Below are positions 37,640-50,992 of a stretch of DNA of 64,000 nucleotides, in pieces. This DNA is from Octopus bimaculoides. Taxonomy: Eukaryota. Numbering within the stretch: position 1 is the stretch's first letter; every line of letters starts with the position of its first letter. Position numbers and translations under genes: made by a program. The stretch covers positions 53,554,308 to 53,618,307 of the forward strand of contig NC_068991.1 in the NCBI RefSeq assembly GCF_001194135.2, in the 5' to 3' direction. The notes below the pieces were generated by a model. The model had not been told where the DNA came from and did not search any database. It was given only the letters and a program-made list of their open reading frames with translations.

Positions 37640-37830
37640 TGTAGTAACGCCTGCGCATGCGTAGAATTAAACAAGCAAGCGTTTCCCGCTCAATTCATTC
37701 TCTTTCTCGCTGGCCAGCGATTGAGCATGGACGTGTGTTTAAAGCTGTCTCTACATCTTTCGGTCTTACGCTCGACAGCTCGTTATTCTCACCTCTAAAG
37801 ATGTATAACTAAAGATATGTATGTTTTACC
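37640..37830. promoter_or_regulatory. Candidate housekeeping-type promoter or first exon
   Basis: TGCGCATGCG (NRF1-like palindrome), local CpG enrichment, possible donor GATAT|GTATGT. Confidence 0.4.
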
Positions 37831-38394
37831 AAGTAAATAAATGTTGTTTAAGTTGTTTAGTCTGGAGTTCAGCGTTCCGTCTATTTCTTTAATTTTTTAG
37901 TAGAAAGTCAGGTATACAATCTAAAGATGTATAACCCACTTTCTACTAAACATTCTTTTNNNNNNNNNNNNNNNNNNNNNNNNNNNNNNNNNNNNNNNNN
38001 NNNNNNNNNNNNNNNNNNNNNNNNNNNNNNNNNNNNNNNNNNNNNNNNNNNNNNNNNNNNNNNNNNNNNNNNNNNNNNNNNNNNNNNNNNNNNNNNNNNN
38101 NNNNNNNNNNNNNNNNNNNNNNNNNNNNNNNNNNNNNNNNNNNNNNNNNNNNNNNNNNNNNNNNNNNNNNNNNNNNNNNNNNNNNNNNNNNNNNNNNNNN
38201 NNNNNNNNNNNNNNNNNNNNNNNNNNNNNNNNNNNNNNNNNNNNNNNNNNNNNNNNNNNNNNNNNNNNNNNNNNNNNNNNNNNNNNNNNNNNNNNNNNNN
38301 NNNNNNNNNNNNNNNNNNNNNNNNNNNNNNNNNNNNNNNNNNNNNNNNNNNNNNNNNNNNNNNNNNNNNNNNNNNNNNNNNNNNNNNNNNNNNN

Positions 38395-38436
<42 letters not shown>

Positions 38437-38441
<5 letters not shown>

Positions 38442-39600
38442 AAGTAAGTTAAAAATTAAATGCACTTTTGTTTCCGTAATTTATTTTTAAAAAGCAGGAT
38501 ATGAACAATTATATTATTTTTCGACATAGTCTTCTTGCTTTTCGATGCACGTCTTCCAGTGGTCCACTAGCTTGCTTATTCCATCGGAAAAGATTTTCGG
38601 CTGGTCGCGCTGGATGTTTGAGCGGTCCAGAGAGGTAATAGCAGAAAGGGGTGAGATCTGAGCTATACGCAGGTTGCTCTAGCAACTCGATTTTTGTTAT
38701 CGAAACTCAATTTTTCAATGTTTCAACGGTGTGGGCGGCCGTATGAGGGCTTGCATTGTTATGCAACAATAACACTCGCTTTGACATTAGACCTCGGCTT
38801 TTGGTGCGAATTTTCTGGTGTTACTTTGTCCTCAGTATTTCACTGTAGCCTGCACTAGTAACTGTAGACCGCTTTGCTAGGTAATGTTCCAGTATAGGCA
38901 TTTTTGCGACCCCAAAATGGTTAGCATCACCTTTTCCAATGGAAGGTTGAGTCTTGAATTTCTTTTTTGCTGGCGATTCCGGCTGTTTCCATTCCATAAT
39001 ATGCCTTTTGGATCCTGGCTCAAAGTAATGGACCCAGGTCTCATCCCTTGGGACTATTCTCTCCAAAAATAACCTCGCCTTCATCGTTGTAGCGGTCGAA
39101 TAAACGTTGACAGATCTCCACATAATTGCGCATATGCGCTTCGATAAACTCTCTTGGTACCCCTCTCGCACAAACTTTACAAGGCAAAACTTGGCGTGGA
39201 TTATTTCATAAGCAGAATCATGACTAATCTGCAGAGAACATGTCACCTCATTGGTGGCCATTCATCGGTTCGCCAGAACCATCTCTCGAACTTGTTGAAT
39301 CTTCATGTCAGTGGTGGAGGCTATTGGGCGCCCTGCTTCCTCTTCGTGCTTCACGCTTGTCCGGCCATTTTTATATTTCACAATTCACTCACACACACTC
39401 CTATGCAGCAGAGCGATGTTCCTGTATGTAATGAAAGCCTGTGATAAATTTCAGCCCTTGACACATCTTCAGACCCCCCAAAAAATCGTACTAGTGATCT
39501 CTGTGCTTTCTTGGTGCTCATTGCCAGTGCAGCGGTCACGTTTTCTCTGTAACACAAGAAAGAAAACTTGAGCAATCAAAATCCATCTTCGGTTACGTAA
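38437..39600 (-). mobile_element. Decayed mariner transposon (second lineage)
   Basis: Minus-strand GRPIASTT, IVPRDETWVHYFEPGSK, KKFKTQPS and DNNASP...PDLTPSA-type motifs. One TIR-like end near 38437; the other was not resolved. Confidence 0.88.
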
Positions 39601-41559
39601 CAACAAGAATCCCACTTTTTAGTACGTACTAAGATTGCACTAAGGCATTAGACGTGTTAAAAATGCTGTGTCATTAGCTTCATCGCATGAAACTAATAGT
39701 ATCACATAAAAACATATATTGTGTTTATTATGACCGCAGTTTTAAAGCTGAAACAGGTTAAAGAGTTTCCTGAGCGTCCAATAATACTATCCATATCACG
39801 TCCTCACTTTGTTGTTTTTTTTTGTTTTTTTGTTATTGTTTTTTTGAACTATATATATATNNNNNNNNNNNNNNNNNNNNNNNNNNNNNNNNNNNNNNNN
39901 NNNNNNNNNNNNNNNNNNNNNNNNNNNNNNNNNNNNNNNNNNNNTATATATAAAACTGTGCCGTTAAAAATGACGGCTAATTGTAGTATTTTATATATAA
40001 AAAGGGTATAAAATAAGGGTACATAATAATCACAGATACAAACATTTACATACTTCTCTTCTACATTCATACACATACACATATATACTCACACAGAGTT
40101 GAAATGCTGTTTGATTTTCCTTTTGAGCGTTGAACGTTCACCATCCAATTTCCATTACACACACATTCACACACACACACACACACATTCACATACCTCC
40201 CTTTTACATACACACATATACTCACACGGAGTTGAAACGTTGATTTTTTTCACACCTTTCGATATTCATCTATCACCCCTTCCTTTCTCATTCATATATT
40301 GTGACGGAGAAAAGTAGAAGATACACGACGCTCTCTTTGCCAATTCCTTTTTCTCATTGCTATTACTTTCTCTCACTCTCTCTCAGTCAGGGCTATTACT
40401 CTCACAACTCCTCCTTCACTGAATTACTATTTTCTCTCCTCTCCCTTCACTTATACTACTCTTTCTCCTACGTCCTAGTCCTACTCTGTGATTTTGGACA
40501 AATATATGTATGTATGTATGTATGTATATATATACTTACTTGGAAATGGATGCGCCGCGTTCAATTAAATAATAAATAATATATATATATATATGTATAC
40601 ATACATGCATATATGGGTACAGGACGTCACCAACGGTGCAAACAACATGATATACGTTAACAAACGTGTCAAATACGCAAACAACGAGAAAAATAGCAAA
40701 CAGGACAAGTAAACACAGAGAAAGGACCCTTCATCAGTTGTCAGCTGTCTGTCTACTCCTCATTTCGAGCATTCAACAATAATATGAGCCTTCAAAGACA
40801 GTTGCTCCCATAAATTCTAAAATAAAATTTAGGATTTATGGAGGATCAAAGTTGGGAACAAAAACATGACAGTGGAGACATATAAGGAAACTGAACGAAA
40901 ACAAATATATAAAAACACTACGCTCATTATTCTATTAGGAGATTAGATGTCAGAGGCCCAAATTGTGTGTTGGCTGGGGCCATGGGAGGGTCGTGGTGAC
41001 TGTCAGATATGCCCATTCAAAAAATTTAATACAAGAAATACTAAGAAATACTATGGAATTACCAAGTGCTGTATTGTGTTGTGGCTATTTATAATGGTCA
41101 GTTGTGTTTATGCAAACAATCTGGCATGTAGTCTGACTATGACGTAATTTGGCGCCTTGTAACGGAACTGCTATAAACATTGATAAAAAGGAGTGCAGAA
41201 AGTAGGCCATATAAATTTAAAAGAACAAGGAAAACGATTTATGTGAAGAAACAATTTCCGTCAAATCAACTCGATGGATTGTATTCAATGGAGATAACCG
41301 AATCTTTAAACGTCTATTTCTAGTAATCAATAATTGTATCTCCCCATCAAAACGTTAATAAAGTCTATACTGTCGGCTGTAATGCTTTGTATTCGAGGTC
41401 AGAACTTCCAAATTACCCAATCGACCAAGATGTAAACAGGATGGAAGAGGAAAAAAAAATTATGCCTGTCCGAAGGAGTGGGGAAAGACATTGGTTTATT
41501 GACAAATGTCTTCTGCTGCAGATGCCTATCGACCACATTTCTCTTTGAGAAACGTCTTC

Positions 41560-41850
41560 CCAAATAGAAGCTGCGCGGCAGCGAATTACAGTTTATTATA
41601 GGCCATTTGTGTTTTATACTTAACGCAAATACATCGCAAAAAGCAAATTTACTACGGTATTCGTCCGAAGATAAATCTTTTATGGACGTGCTGCGTTTAA
41701 AAACATAAATACATCAGTAGCAGACGAAGACTGTTCATCAGCAGTGGCGAGAATGCTGCATGCGCATCTCTGTCCCTTTGAGCTTTATCCGTAGCATGTT
41801 CACTCTATCATATAACGAAATCCGTCGCTACTGATATAGGAAAACAGTGA
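41560..41850. promoter_or_regulatory. CpG-rich unique segment, candidate promoter or enhancer
   Basis: AGCAGACGA, GCATGCGCA and GGCCATTT (YY1-like) motifs. Confidence 0.3.
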
Positions 41851-42374
41851 TTAAATAATCACTGGCGCTGCAATTAGATTCAGACTGAATAAAAATCTGT
41901 TACATGCAACAGAAAAAGTATAGAATTAAAATAGACAGCTGTGTATCATATTCAATGTAAATACAGCAAGAAAGAGTTGAATTTACTGCAGTATTCGTCA
42001 TCTTTGCTTGTGCACAATATGTATGTGATGACAAAGAGAAATTAAACTGTGCATGAATATATACGAGTCGACAACTTGGGCAAGTGTCTTCTACTATAGT
42101 CTCGGAGCAAACAAAGCCTTGTGAGTGGATTTAGTAGACGGACACTGGAAGAAACCCCGTCGTATATATATCGACCTCACTACTTGGATTTTCAAGGCGG
42201 TGCCCCAGCATGGTCGCAGTCTAATGACTGAAACAAATAAAAGATAAAAGATACAAGATGAATATACGGCCAACTTAATCGTTAGAAACTGAAGGTGTTC
42301 GTCATTTGCAGTTTACAACCTGCCTTGGGTAATGCTCTGTTATCCCCAAGTACCTCGTTCAACTAAATCACTGT

Positions 42375-42510
42375 CTTCTTCTTCTTCTTCTTCTTCTTCT
42401 TCTTCTTCTTCTTCTTCTTCTTCTTCTTCTTCTTTTTCTTCTTCTTCTTCTTCTTCTTCTTCTTCTTCTTCTTCTTCTTCTTCTTCTTCTTCTTCTTCTT
42501 CTTCTTCTTT
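42375..42510. repeat. (TTC)n microsatellite
   Basis: About 45 near-perfect units. Confidence 0.95.
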
Positions 42511-43634
42511 AATAAACCGGTTGATCTCTTGAGAGTTAAGTGTTATGGCATCTACTCAGAGTGAAATACTTCTCAATTGTTATTTTAAGGAGAGAATATA
42601 TTTTATGTCCCAGTAATCTGTTGTCAGGTCAACAACTTCAACAGTTAAAATATTTTATAGGCTTCTAGTCACTTACTTTTGATGCGATGATTTTTTTTTA
42701 CGTCTTTGACACTTAGAAATTGGTTAAGGATGGGGTTATGGCCCATTCAATCAATATCAGTAAATGGTGCAGGTGTGGCTGTGTGGAAAGAAGTCTGCTT
42801 GCTAAACACGTGGTTCTGAGTTCAGTTCCACTGCGTGACACTTTGGGTAAGTGTCTTCTACTGTACCTTCCTCGGGCCGACCAAAGCCTTGTGAGTCAAG
42901 GATTTGGTAAACAGAAAAGCCCATCGTATATGTGGGTGTGTTGTAAGAAGCTTGTTTCTCAACCACATGGTTTCAGGTTCAGTCCTACTGCGTGGCACCT
43001 TGGGCAAGNNNNNNNNNNNNNNNNNNNNNNNNNNNNNNNNNNNNNNNNNNNNNNNNNNNNNNNNNNNNNNNNNNNNNNNNNNNNNNNNNNNNNNNNNNNN
43101 NNNNNNNNNNNNNNNNNNNNNNNNNNNNNNNNNAATTCAGAAACATAAAGACAGACGAAATGTCGTGAAGCATTTTACCCGGCGTGCTTACGATTATGCC
43201 AGCTCACCACCATTCTTTGGGGAATATTCTTTTCTAGTCTCAGCACAAGGCCCAAAATTTTGGGGAAGGGGGTCAGTCAATTAGATCGACCCCAGTACGC
43301 AACTGGTACTTAATTTATGGACCCCGAAAGGATGAAAGTCAAAGTCAACCTCGGCGGAATTTGAACTCAGAACATGAAGACGGACGAAATGTCGCGAAGC
43401 ATTTTGCCCTGCGTGCTTACAATTCTGCCAGCTCACCGCCACTTGTTTGAAATATTGACATTTCTGTAGAACAGTAGTTTCCAGTTGGGGTTCATATGGC
43501 ACTTGAGGGTCAATGTAAGATTCTGCTGTTAAAATTTATGTGCAATAAATTGGTCATATAATTACAATACACGAAATATCTGAACAATTTTTTTTTGTAC
43601 AATTTCATATAATATTTAATTATGAAAATATAAT

Positions 43635-44040
43635 AGGCGCAGGTGTGGCTGTATGGTAAGAAGCTGTGTTCCCAATCAATGGTTCAGGGTTCAATCCCAT
43701 TTTGTAGCACCTTGGGCAAGTGTTTTCTACAATAGCCTCGGGCTGACCAAAGCCTAGTGAGCGGATTTGGTAGACGGAAACTGAAAGAAGCCCGTCGTGT
43801 ATATATATATATATATATATATATAAGTGTGTGTGTGTGTTTGTCCCCGACCGCTGTTTGACAACCGGTGCTGGTGGGCTTAGGTCCCTGTAAGTTAGCG
43901 GTTCGGCAAAAGAGACCGATAGAATAAGTACCATGCTTTAAAGAAATAAGTACTGGAGCCGATACATTATCCGACTAAAAATTCTTCAAGGTGGTGCCCC
44001 AGCATGGCTGCAGTGTAATGACAGGAGCAAGTAAAAGATG
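43635..44040 (+). mobile_element. Family A composite SINE, complete and CpG-intact; inverted copies at 44065-44215 and 44445-44830
   Basis: Head GGCGCAGGTGTGGCTG, (TA)n(GT)n interior, tail. Confidence 0.88.
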
Positions 44041-44607
44041 AAAGATAGGAATTATTTTGTAAACATCTATTGTCTACCAAATCCATTCACAAGGCTTTGG
44101 TCGGCCCGAGGCTATAGTAGAAGACACTTGCCCAAGGTGCCACACAGTGGGGCTCAATCCGGAACCATGTGGTTGGTAAGCAAGCTACTTACCACACAGC
44201 CACTCCTACGCCTAAAATTTTGGGAAGTGGGAGGGGATAGTCGATTACATCAACTCCAATACTTGACTGGTACTTATTTTATCGACCTCGACAGGTTTAA
44301 AGGCAATGTAAGCCTCGGTGGAATTTGAAATCAGAACGTAAAGAAGGACAAAATGCCGCTAAGCATTTTTCCAGGCGTGCGAACGATTCTGCCAGCTCTC
44401 CTCTTTGGTTTCAAATTTTTCTTTTGCTTTTATTTATTATTTTTGTTTTTTTACTTGTTTCTGTTATTAGACTACGACCATGCTGGGCGCACCGCCTTGA
44501 AGAATTTTTTGTCTAATGAGTCCACTCCAGTATTATTCTACCGGAATCTTTTGCCGAACCGCTATGTTGTAATGTGTGTGTGTGTGGGAGTCAAACACAA
44601 ACACAAA

Positions 44608-44702
<95 letters not shown>

Positions 44703-44864
44703 AGGCCTCTTTCAGTTTCCATCTACCAATTCCACTCACAAGGCTCTGATCGGGCCGAATCTGTAGTAGAAGACATTTCACGAAGATGCCACGCAGTGGG
44801 ACTGAACCCGGAACCATGTGGTTAGGAAGTACACTTCTTACTACACTGGCACGCCTGTGAAAAA

Positions 44865-45680
44865 TATTTCAAATTTTGGCACAAGGCCAGCAATTCCAGT
44901 AGAGGGGGTAAGTCGATTACATCGACTCCAGTGTTCAACTGGTACTTTTTTCATCCACCCTGAAAGGATGAAAGGCAGAGACGACCTCGGCAGAATTTGA
45001 ACTTAGACCGTAAGGATGGACGAAATGCCGCTAAGCATTTTGCCCGGCGTGCTACGATTCTGCCAGCTTGCCGCCTTAATAATGGTTTCAAATTTTCGTG
45101 GGGAAAGGGGTAAGTCGATTACATGGCCCCCACTGATCAAACGCTACTTATTTTAAACACCCCGAAAGGATGAAAGGCAAAGTCGACTTCGGTGGAGTTT
45201 GAACTCAGACCGTGAGGACGGACGAAATGCCGCTAAGTATTTGACTTGGAGTGCTAACGATTCTGCCAGCTCGCTACCTCAATAACCCTTTTTACTATAG
45301 GCACAGGGACTGAAATTTCCTGGGAAGGAGTATGTCGATTACATCGACCTAACGTCGCCCTCGATGGCATTTGAACTCAGAATGTAAAGACGGACGAAAT
45401 GTCGCTAAGCATTTTGCCCGGCGTGCTAACGATTCTGCCAACTCACTGCTTTAATAATCATTTCTATTACAGGTACAAGGCCCGACATTTTGGGGGAGAG
45501 TCCAGTCGATTAGATCGACACCAGTACGCAACTGGTATCTAATTTATTGACCCCCCCGAAAGGATGAAAGATATAGTCGACCTCGGCAGAATTTGAACTC
45601 AGAAAATAGCAGCAGACGAAATACTGCTAAGCATTTTGCCCGGCGTGCTAATGATTCTGCTAGCTCACCGCCTTTCGCCG
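44865..45680 (-). repeat. Head-to-tail array of 4-5 family B SINEs
   Basis: Repeated ATTTGAACTCAGA...GACGAAATG...GCATTTTGCCCGGCGTGCTA...GATTCTGCCAGCT blocks. Confidence 0.88.
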
Positions 45681-46796
45681 CTTTAATAATAACTAAACCT
45701 TGACTGTTCTCCAAATGGCGGTGTTAATGTAACACTTATTCCCTTGACGAAGTACTGTGACTATCAGAAAGAGTCACTGGAATGAAAACATTGAAATGTA
45801 CTGACTTGCACATTTTCATTCTTTAGCCGTGAATGCAAAAAAAACCCCAGAAATATGAGCTGCTCTCTAGTTGCTATTAGCTTTCTTTCTCTTAAATACC
45901 AGTCGTTTTCTTTCAAGTAACATTCCTTGACCCATATAGATTCCCTAACAAGAAATATGGTTTCACTTACAAATCCCCAGCCTAACCCATAAAAAATAAG
46001 CTATCGTTCACTCCAGCTTTTTCAACGCAACAATTGATGAAAAGGGAATTTTTCACGTTCTGTTCCTTGACTTTCGCTCTCTGAGAAAGCAAAGTGATTG
46101 TCTGGTGCTGAAAGTTGGCATATTCTGTTGTTATAGAGTTAAAGGGTAAAATATATAGCGTTCTGAGTAGACTATTTTTGTTTCTCATCCCTCCGGGATC
46201 AATAAACTGGGATCGATATCATCCACTAACATTCTCCTCATATATATATATNNNNNNNNNNNNNNNNNNNNNNNNNNNNNNNNNNNNNNNNNNNNNNNNN
46301 NNNNNNNNNNNNNNNNNNNNNNNNNNNNNNNNNNNNNNNNNNNNNNNNNNNNNNNNNNNNNNNNNNNNNNNNNNNNNNNNNNNNNNNNNNNNNNNNNNNN
46401 NNNNNNNNNNNNNNNNNNNNNNNNNNNNNNNNNNNNNNNNNNNNNNNNNNNNNNNNNNNNNNNNNNNNNNNNNNNNNNNNNNNNNNNNNNNNNNNNNNNN
46501 NNNNNNNNNNNNNNNNNNNNNNNNNNNNNNNNNNNNNNNNNNNNNNNNNNNNNNNNNNNNNNNNATTTGGCAAATTCGTTAGCACGCCGGGCAAAATGCT
46601 TAGCGGCATTTCGTCCGTCCTTACGTTCTGCGTTAAAATCCACCTAAGTCGAGTTTGTCTTTCATCCTTTCGGGTCGTTAAAATAAGTACCAATCAAGTA
46701 CTAAGATTGATATAATCGACTAGTCCCCTTCCTACAAATTTCAGGCCTTGTACCTATTGTAGAAATAATAATTATTATCATTATCATCACCATCAG

Positions 46797-46844
<48 letters not shown>

Positions 46845-46845
<1 letters not shown>

Positions 46846-48985
46846 TACTTTTAATTTGCATGTTTGTTACAGTCCCTTGCTGAGACACACCCAACGTCCT
46901 AGGGTGAGTGAAGGATAAGAGATGTTACAGTACAACTGAAAGCTTGGGAAAAGGAAGTGGCAGGGGTAGTAGTGAAATATCTTCATGCTCTAAAAGAACA
47001 CAGACATTTAAATAGATAAGTTTTTTTTTTTAAGGATGTGAGTAGTACTTGTTAGTACAATCTTTTGGATTTCTTTGAAGCATGGTTCTCCTGGGATCTT
47101 ATCTAGATGTTTCTGACATCCTTTTTTTATCATACCTGAGGCGCCTACAATAACAGGAACAGTTCTCGCTTTAAAATGCCACATCATTTGTATTTCAATT
47201 TCCCGGCCTTTAATTTGACAACTTCCTTTACAGATATATTTTTATCAGTAGGAACACTTACATGTATTAGTCTACAAGTATTTTCTTCCCCGTCTTTAAT
47301 AATTATATCTGGTCGATTAGCCTGGATAGTTCTGTCAGTGTTGACTGGAAAATCCCAGAGGATAGTAACATTTTTACCTTCAATGACTGGCTCAGGATGA
47401 TGTTCATACCAGTAAGCAGGAGTGCTGATTTTGTAATGTTTACATATTTTCCAATGTAAACACTGTCTTACCATATCGTGGAGATTTTTGTATTCGTTTG
47501 GTGACAATACAGGACATCCCGAGACGAGATGGTCTATTGTATCGTCAAATGTGTCACAGAATCTGCATTTAGGGTCAGAACCGTTTTGAAGAACGTTAGC
47601 CTGGTAGTTTTTGGTAAGCAAGCTTTGATTTTGTGCCGCCACTATGAAACCTTCAGTTTCTGCTTTCAGTCCTGAACTTCTCACTGATGGGTTGTTGCTT
47701 GGTCTACATCAACATTTCGACTTCGAAGTATATACTGTCCATGCAGAGGCTTCTGGTTCCACCGCTCCTCAATTTGTTTCTGCCTGTTCTTTTTTGCAGT
47801 CTGCTCGATCCGTTTTGCTTCTTTTTGGCAGTGGTTTCAGGTTCTTCATCTAATTTAGGGTTAATGCCAAGTTCCCTTGTGAATTTGCAAGCTTCCTTGT
47901 CAATAGAATGTGATTTTTTGCTGCTTTCGTGTTTGTACACAAGCCGCAGCATCCAGTCCTCTGTACTAGACAAGTACCAGTTCGTTGCTATTGTGGAGTT
48001 CTTAAAGCACAGTTCTACCTGCATCATTCTTCTCCCCCCCCCCCATTACTTCTAGGCAGGTACAGACGATCAACGGCTGCTTTTGGGTGGTGCATGTTCT
48101 TTGATGTTAGTAGTTTTCTTGTCTTTTCTGTCCAGGCATTGGAGCTCTGTAAGATTCCAGTTAACGATGTTAAAACTATATAAGACTACTGGAAGTGCCA
48201 GGATGTAAATGGCTGCGATACGATTTTTGGAGTTGAGTTCAGTTTTTAGTATGAGTCTTATTCTCCTGTAATACTGTTTTCTTATTTTTTCATTTATAGT
48301 AGCATGTTGTGTACCATCTCCTTCGTTTATCCCCAGGTATTTATAACTTTCTTGTGGGTCAAGCTCCTTGATGGTAGCGTCGGTATCTAATTTAATGGAA
48401 GCTGTTTGCCTGAGCTTGCCTCTTACAAAAGTTGCTCTAGCACACTTATTAAAGCCGGAATCCATCCCGATGTCATTGCTGAACTCTTTAACGGTTGTTA
48501 GCAGCCCTACTAGCGCTTCGTCATTTCTAGCAAACAGTTTCAGGTCGTTCATATAAAACAGATGGCTTATTGTCGTAAACCCATATTCAGTTCGTTTGGG
48601 AGTTGGATCAGTGCCATGCAAAAGAGTAATTGGGAGAGGGAGTCACCTTGAAAGATACTTCGTTTGATGTTGATGTTAGATTGGCTCATCCCATTACTAT
48701 GGTTTAGGAGGAGACGTGTGTTCCACTTGGCCATGCCTCCTTGTAAGAATTTGGAGACGACAATAGAGATCTCATATATTTCAAGGACCTTGAGTAGCCA
48801 ATTATGTGGGACACCATCAAACGCTTTCCTGTAGTCTGTCCATGTCACACTCAGGTTCTTCTTTTTGCTCCGGCAATTCTCTACAATCATTTTATTTACG
48901 AGTAACTGATCTTTTCACCCATAAGAATTCCTTTCACAACCTTTTTAAGCTTGTGGAAGGATAGACTTCTGTTCAAGGAAAATAG
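46845..48985 (-). mobile_element. Dong/R4-like non-LTR retrotransposon, 5'-truncated, ~2.1 kb (RT, CCHC, REL)
   Basis: Peptides WTDYRKAFDGVPH, IFQGDSLS, HLFYMNDLKL, YKYLG, CRFCDTFDDTIDHLVSGC and NRPDIIIK. Ends in (TAA)n. Confidence 0.95.
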
Positions 48986-48999
48986 TAATAATAATAATA

Positions 49000-49063
<64 letters not shown>

Positions 49064-50992
49064 CAATAATTTCAAATTTCATCTCGTAGTTATATTACAA
49101 AGTGAGGTGAGAATTTGATTTTAAATTCCACCCTGCAGTTTGGATTAAAGAAGATATATTTGATCACTTTGTGTTAATTAGTTAATGGTCAATCAAAAAT
49201 GATGTCGAGAGATCGGGGCAATATTTTCTCCTCAAAGAAAATCTGAAACGAACAGAACCGCAGCCAGGGCAAACAGCAATGCACACGAGGTTTGAAGGCA
49301 GTCTGTTAGCTAACGTGTGAGTGAGTAAGTGAGGGTGGGGGTTGGGTGAAAGGGGGCGGTCTTGACCAAGTGATACGTTTATGAAGGTGGCACTTTTGGA
49401 CATACTGTATATGCCTGTATGGGATGTGGGGGCGAGGTAAGGGCGACAAATCCATGGACTGACTCGGGTGGCACACACTCGAGCTACGCCATTCTTCGAA
49501 AGAAGATATAATAATGATATTGCTGTAGACTTTAATACTTGAGAGTGCATTTTTAGTAACGGTTTCGGCATTACTACCACTACCCACCCCACGTTACCGT
49601 CACCACCACTGCCAACGTCACCGACAGCGTCACCTCCGTCGCCGCCATCACCATCATTAGTAACACCACCACCAACAACAACGACACTGATGCACATATG
49701 TGCATTTTTAGGGCCACCCTGACCATTTCTGTATATTTATCTCAGACTCACCAACAACATAAGGGACAATTTCCCTTGTCATCTGTATTCAAGTACATAC
49801 CATTCCAGGATCAGACTGCTTTCATACCTATCAACTCACAAAATGTAGGACAAGACTCCTCGAGGAAAACATCATCAACAGCTTTTTTTTTTCATGTAGT
49901 ATTTCATATTGTTTCTTCCTCTAATTGCTGTAGCTACACAGCCCACAACAAATTTATATGTCAATAGATTATCCTTAGATTAACCTTAACACCCTTTATT
50001 CCTATTATTGTCATTATCAGTTTTATGTAAGTGTTACCAGGCAGTTTGAAATTAGTCTGAGCTAGTAGACCTCTGTAATTGTCGTTCCTGATGTTGCAAT
50101 TTTAACCATTTTTGTTATTATTTGACCATTTATACCCAAATAATTTCCAAGATTCATTTATATTTTCTATCCTCCTATAAGGGAGAAGGGAAGCAGGGAA
50201 CTGAGGTTATAGAAACAACTTTCAATGTCTTCATCGTAGCCATATTGGAATGCTTTCTGAAATTGTTTTGATAACACAATTTTCTCTTCAGAAATTAAGC
50301 TTTCTTCCTTTTTCTTAATTAATTATCCCTAGGATTAGCTAAAGGCAACTAATTTTGTGGGCTAATTACAAATCATAAAAAAATGGGTGCAGTCGATCAA
50401 GTCCTTCAGAAATTAAGTTTTCTTCCTTTTTCACAATTAATCATCCCTAAGATTAGCTAAAGGTAACTAAGTCGATCAGGCCCTTTCTCGACTACAACCA
50501 GAAGAATAAAACAGTAAGTGACTTGTTTCTACACATCAGTTTTGCGGCCATGCATCCACTTTTCATCAAATTTGCTTGAGTTGAGTTGAGTGAGAGTCTT
50601 GTCCGCAATACTTACAATCGTGTTTACACTAAAAACCCCCACTATATATANNNNNNNNNNNNNNNNNNNNNNNNNNNNNNTTGTCCTCCACACCACCTGA
50701 CGACTAGTGTTGGTGTGTTTATGTCCCATAACATAGCAGCTCGGCCAAAGACACCGATAGAATAAGCACCTAAGGTCGATTCGTTCGACTATAAAATTCT
50801 TCAAGGCGGTGACCCAGCATGACCGCAGTCTAATGACTGAAACAAGTAAAACGTAGAAGATAAAAGGCACCTAAAAGAAATAGTAAGCAACAGTAGTAGC
50901 ACGTGCAATCTAGAATCCTTCATTCAGACGTTAGATCTCTAACTATAGCTGCAAATGAAGCAGCTTTCGTATGACACACAGTTGCACATTTA

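Noticed and set aside
49182-49697. 171-aa Gly/Val/Asp-rich ORF
   Set aside because: It derives from a degenerate (ACC/GTC)-type trinucleotide tract and has no domain signature.
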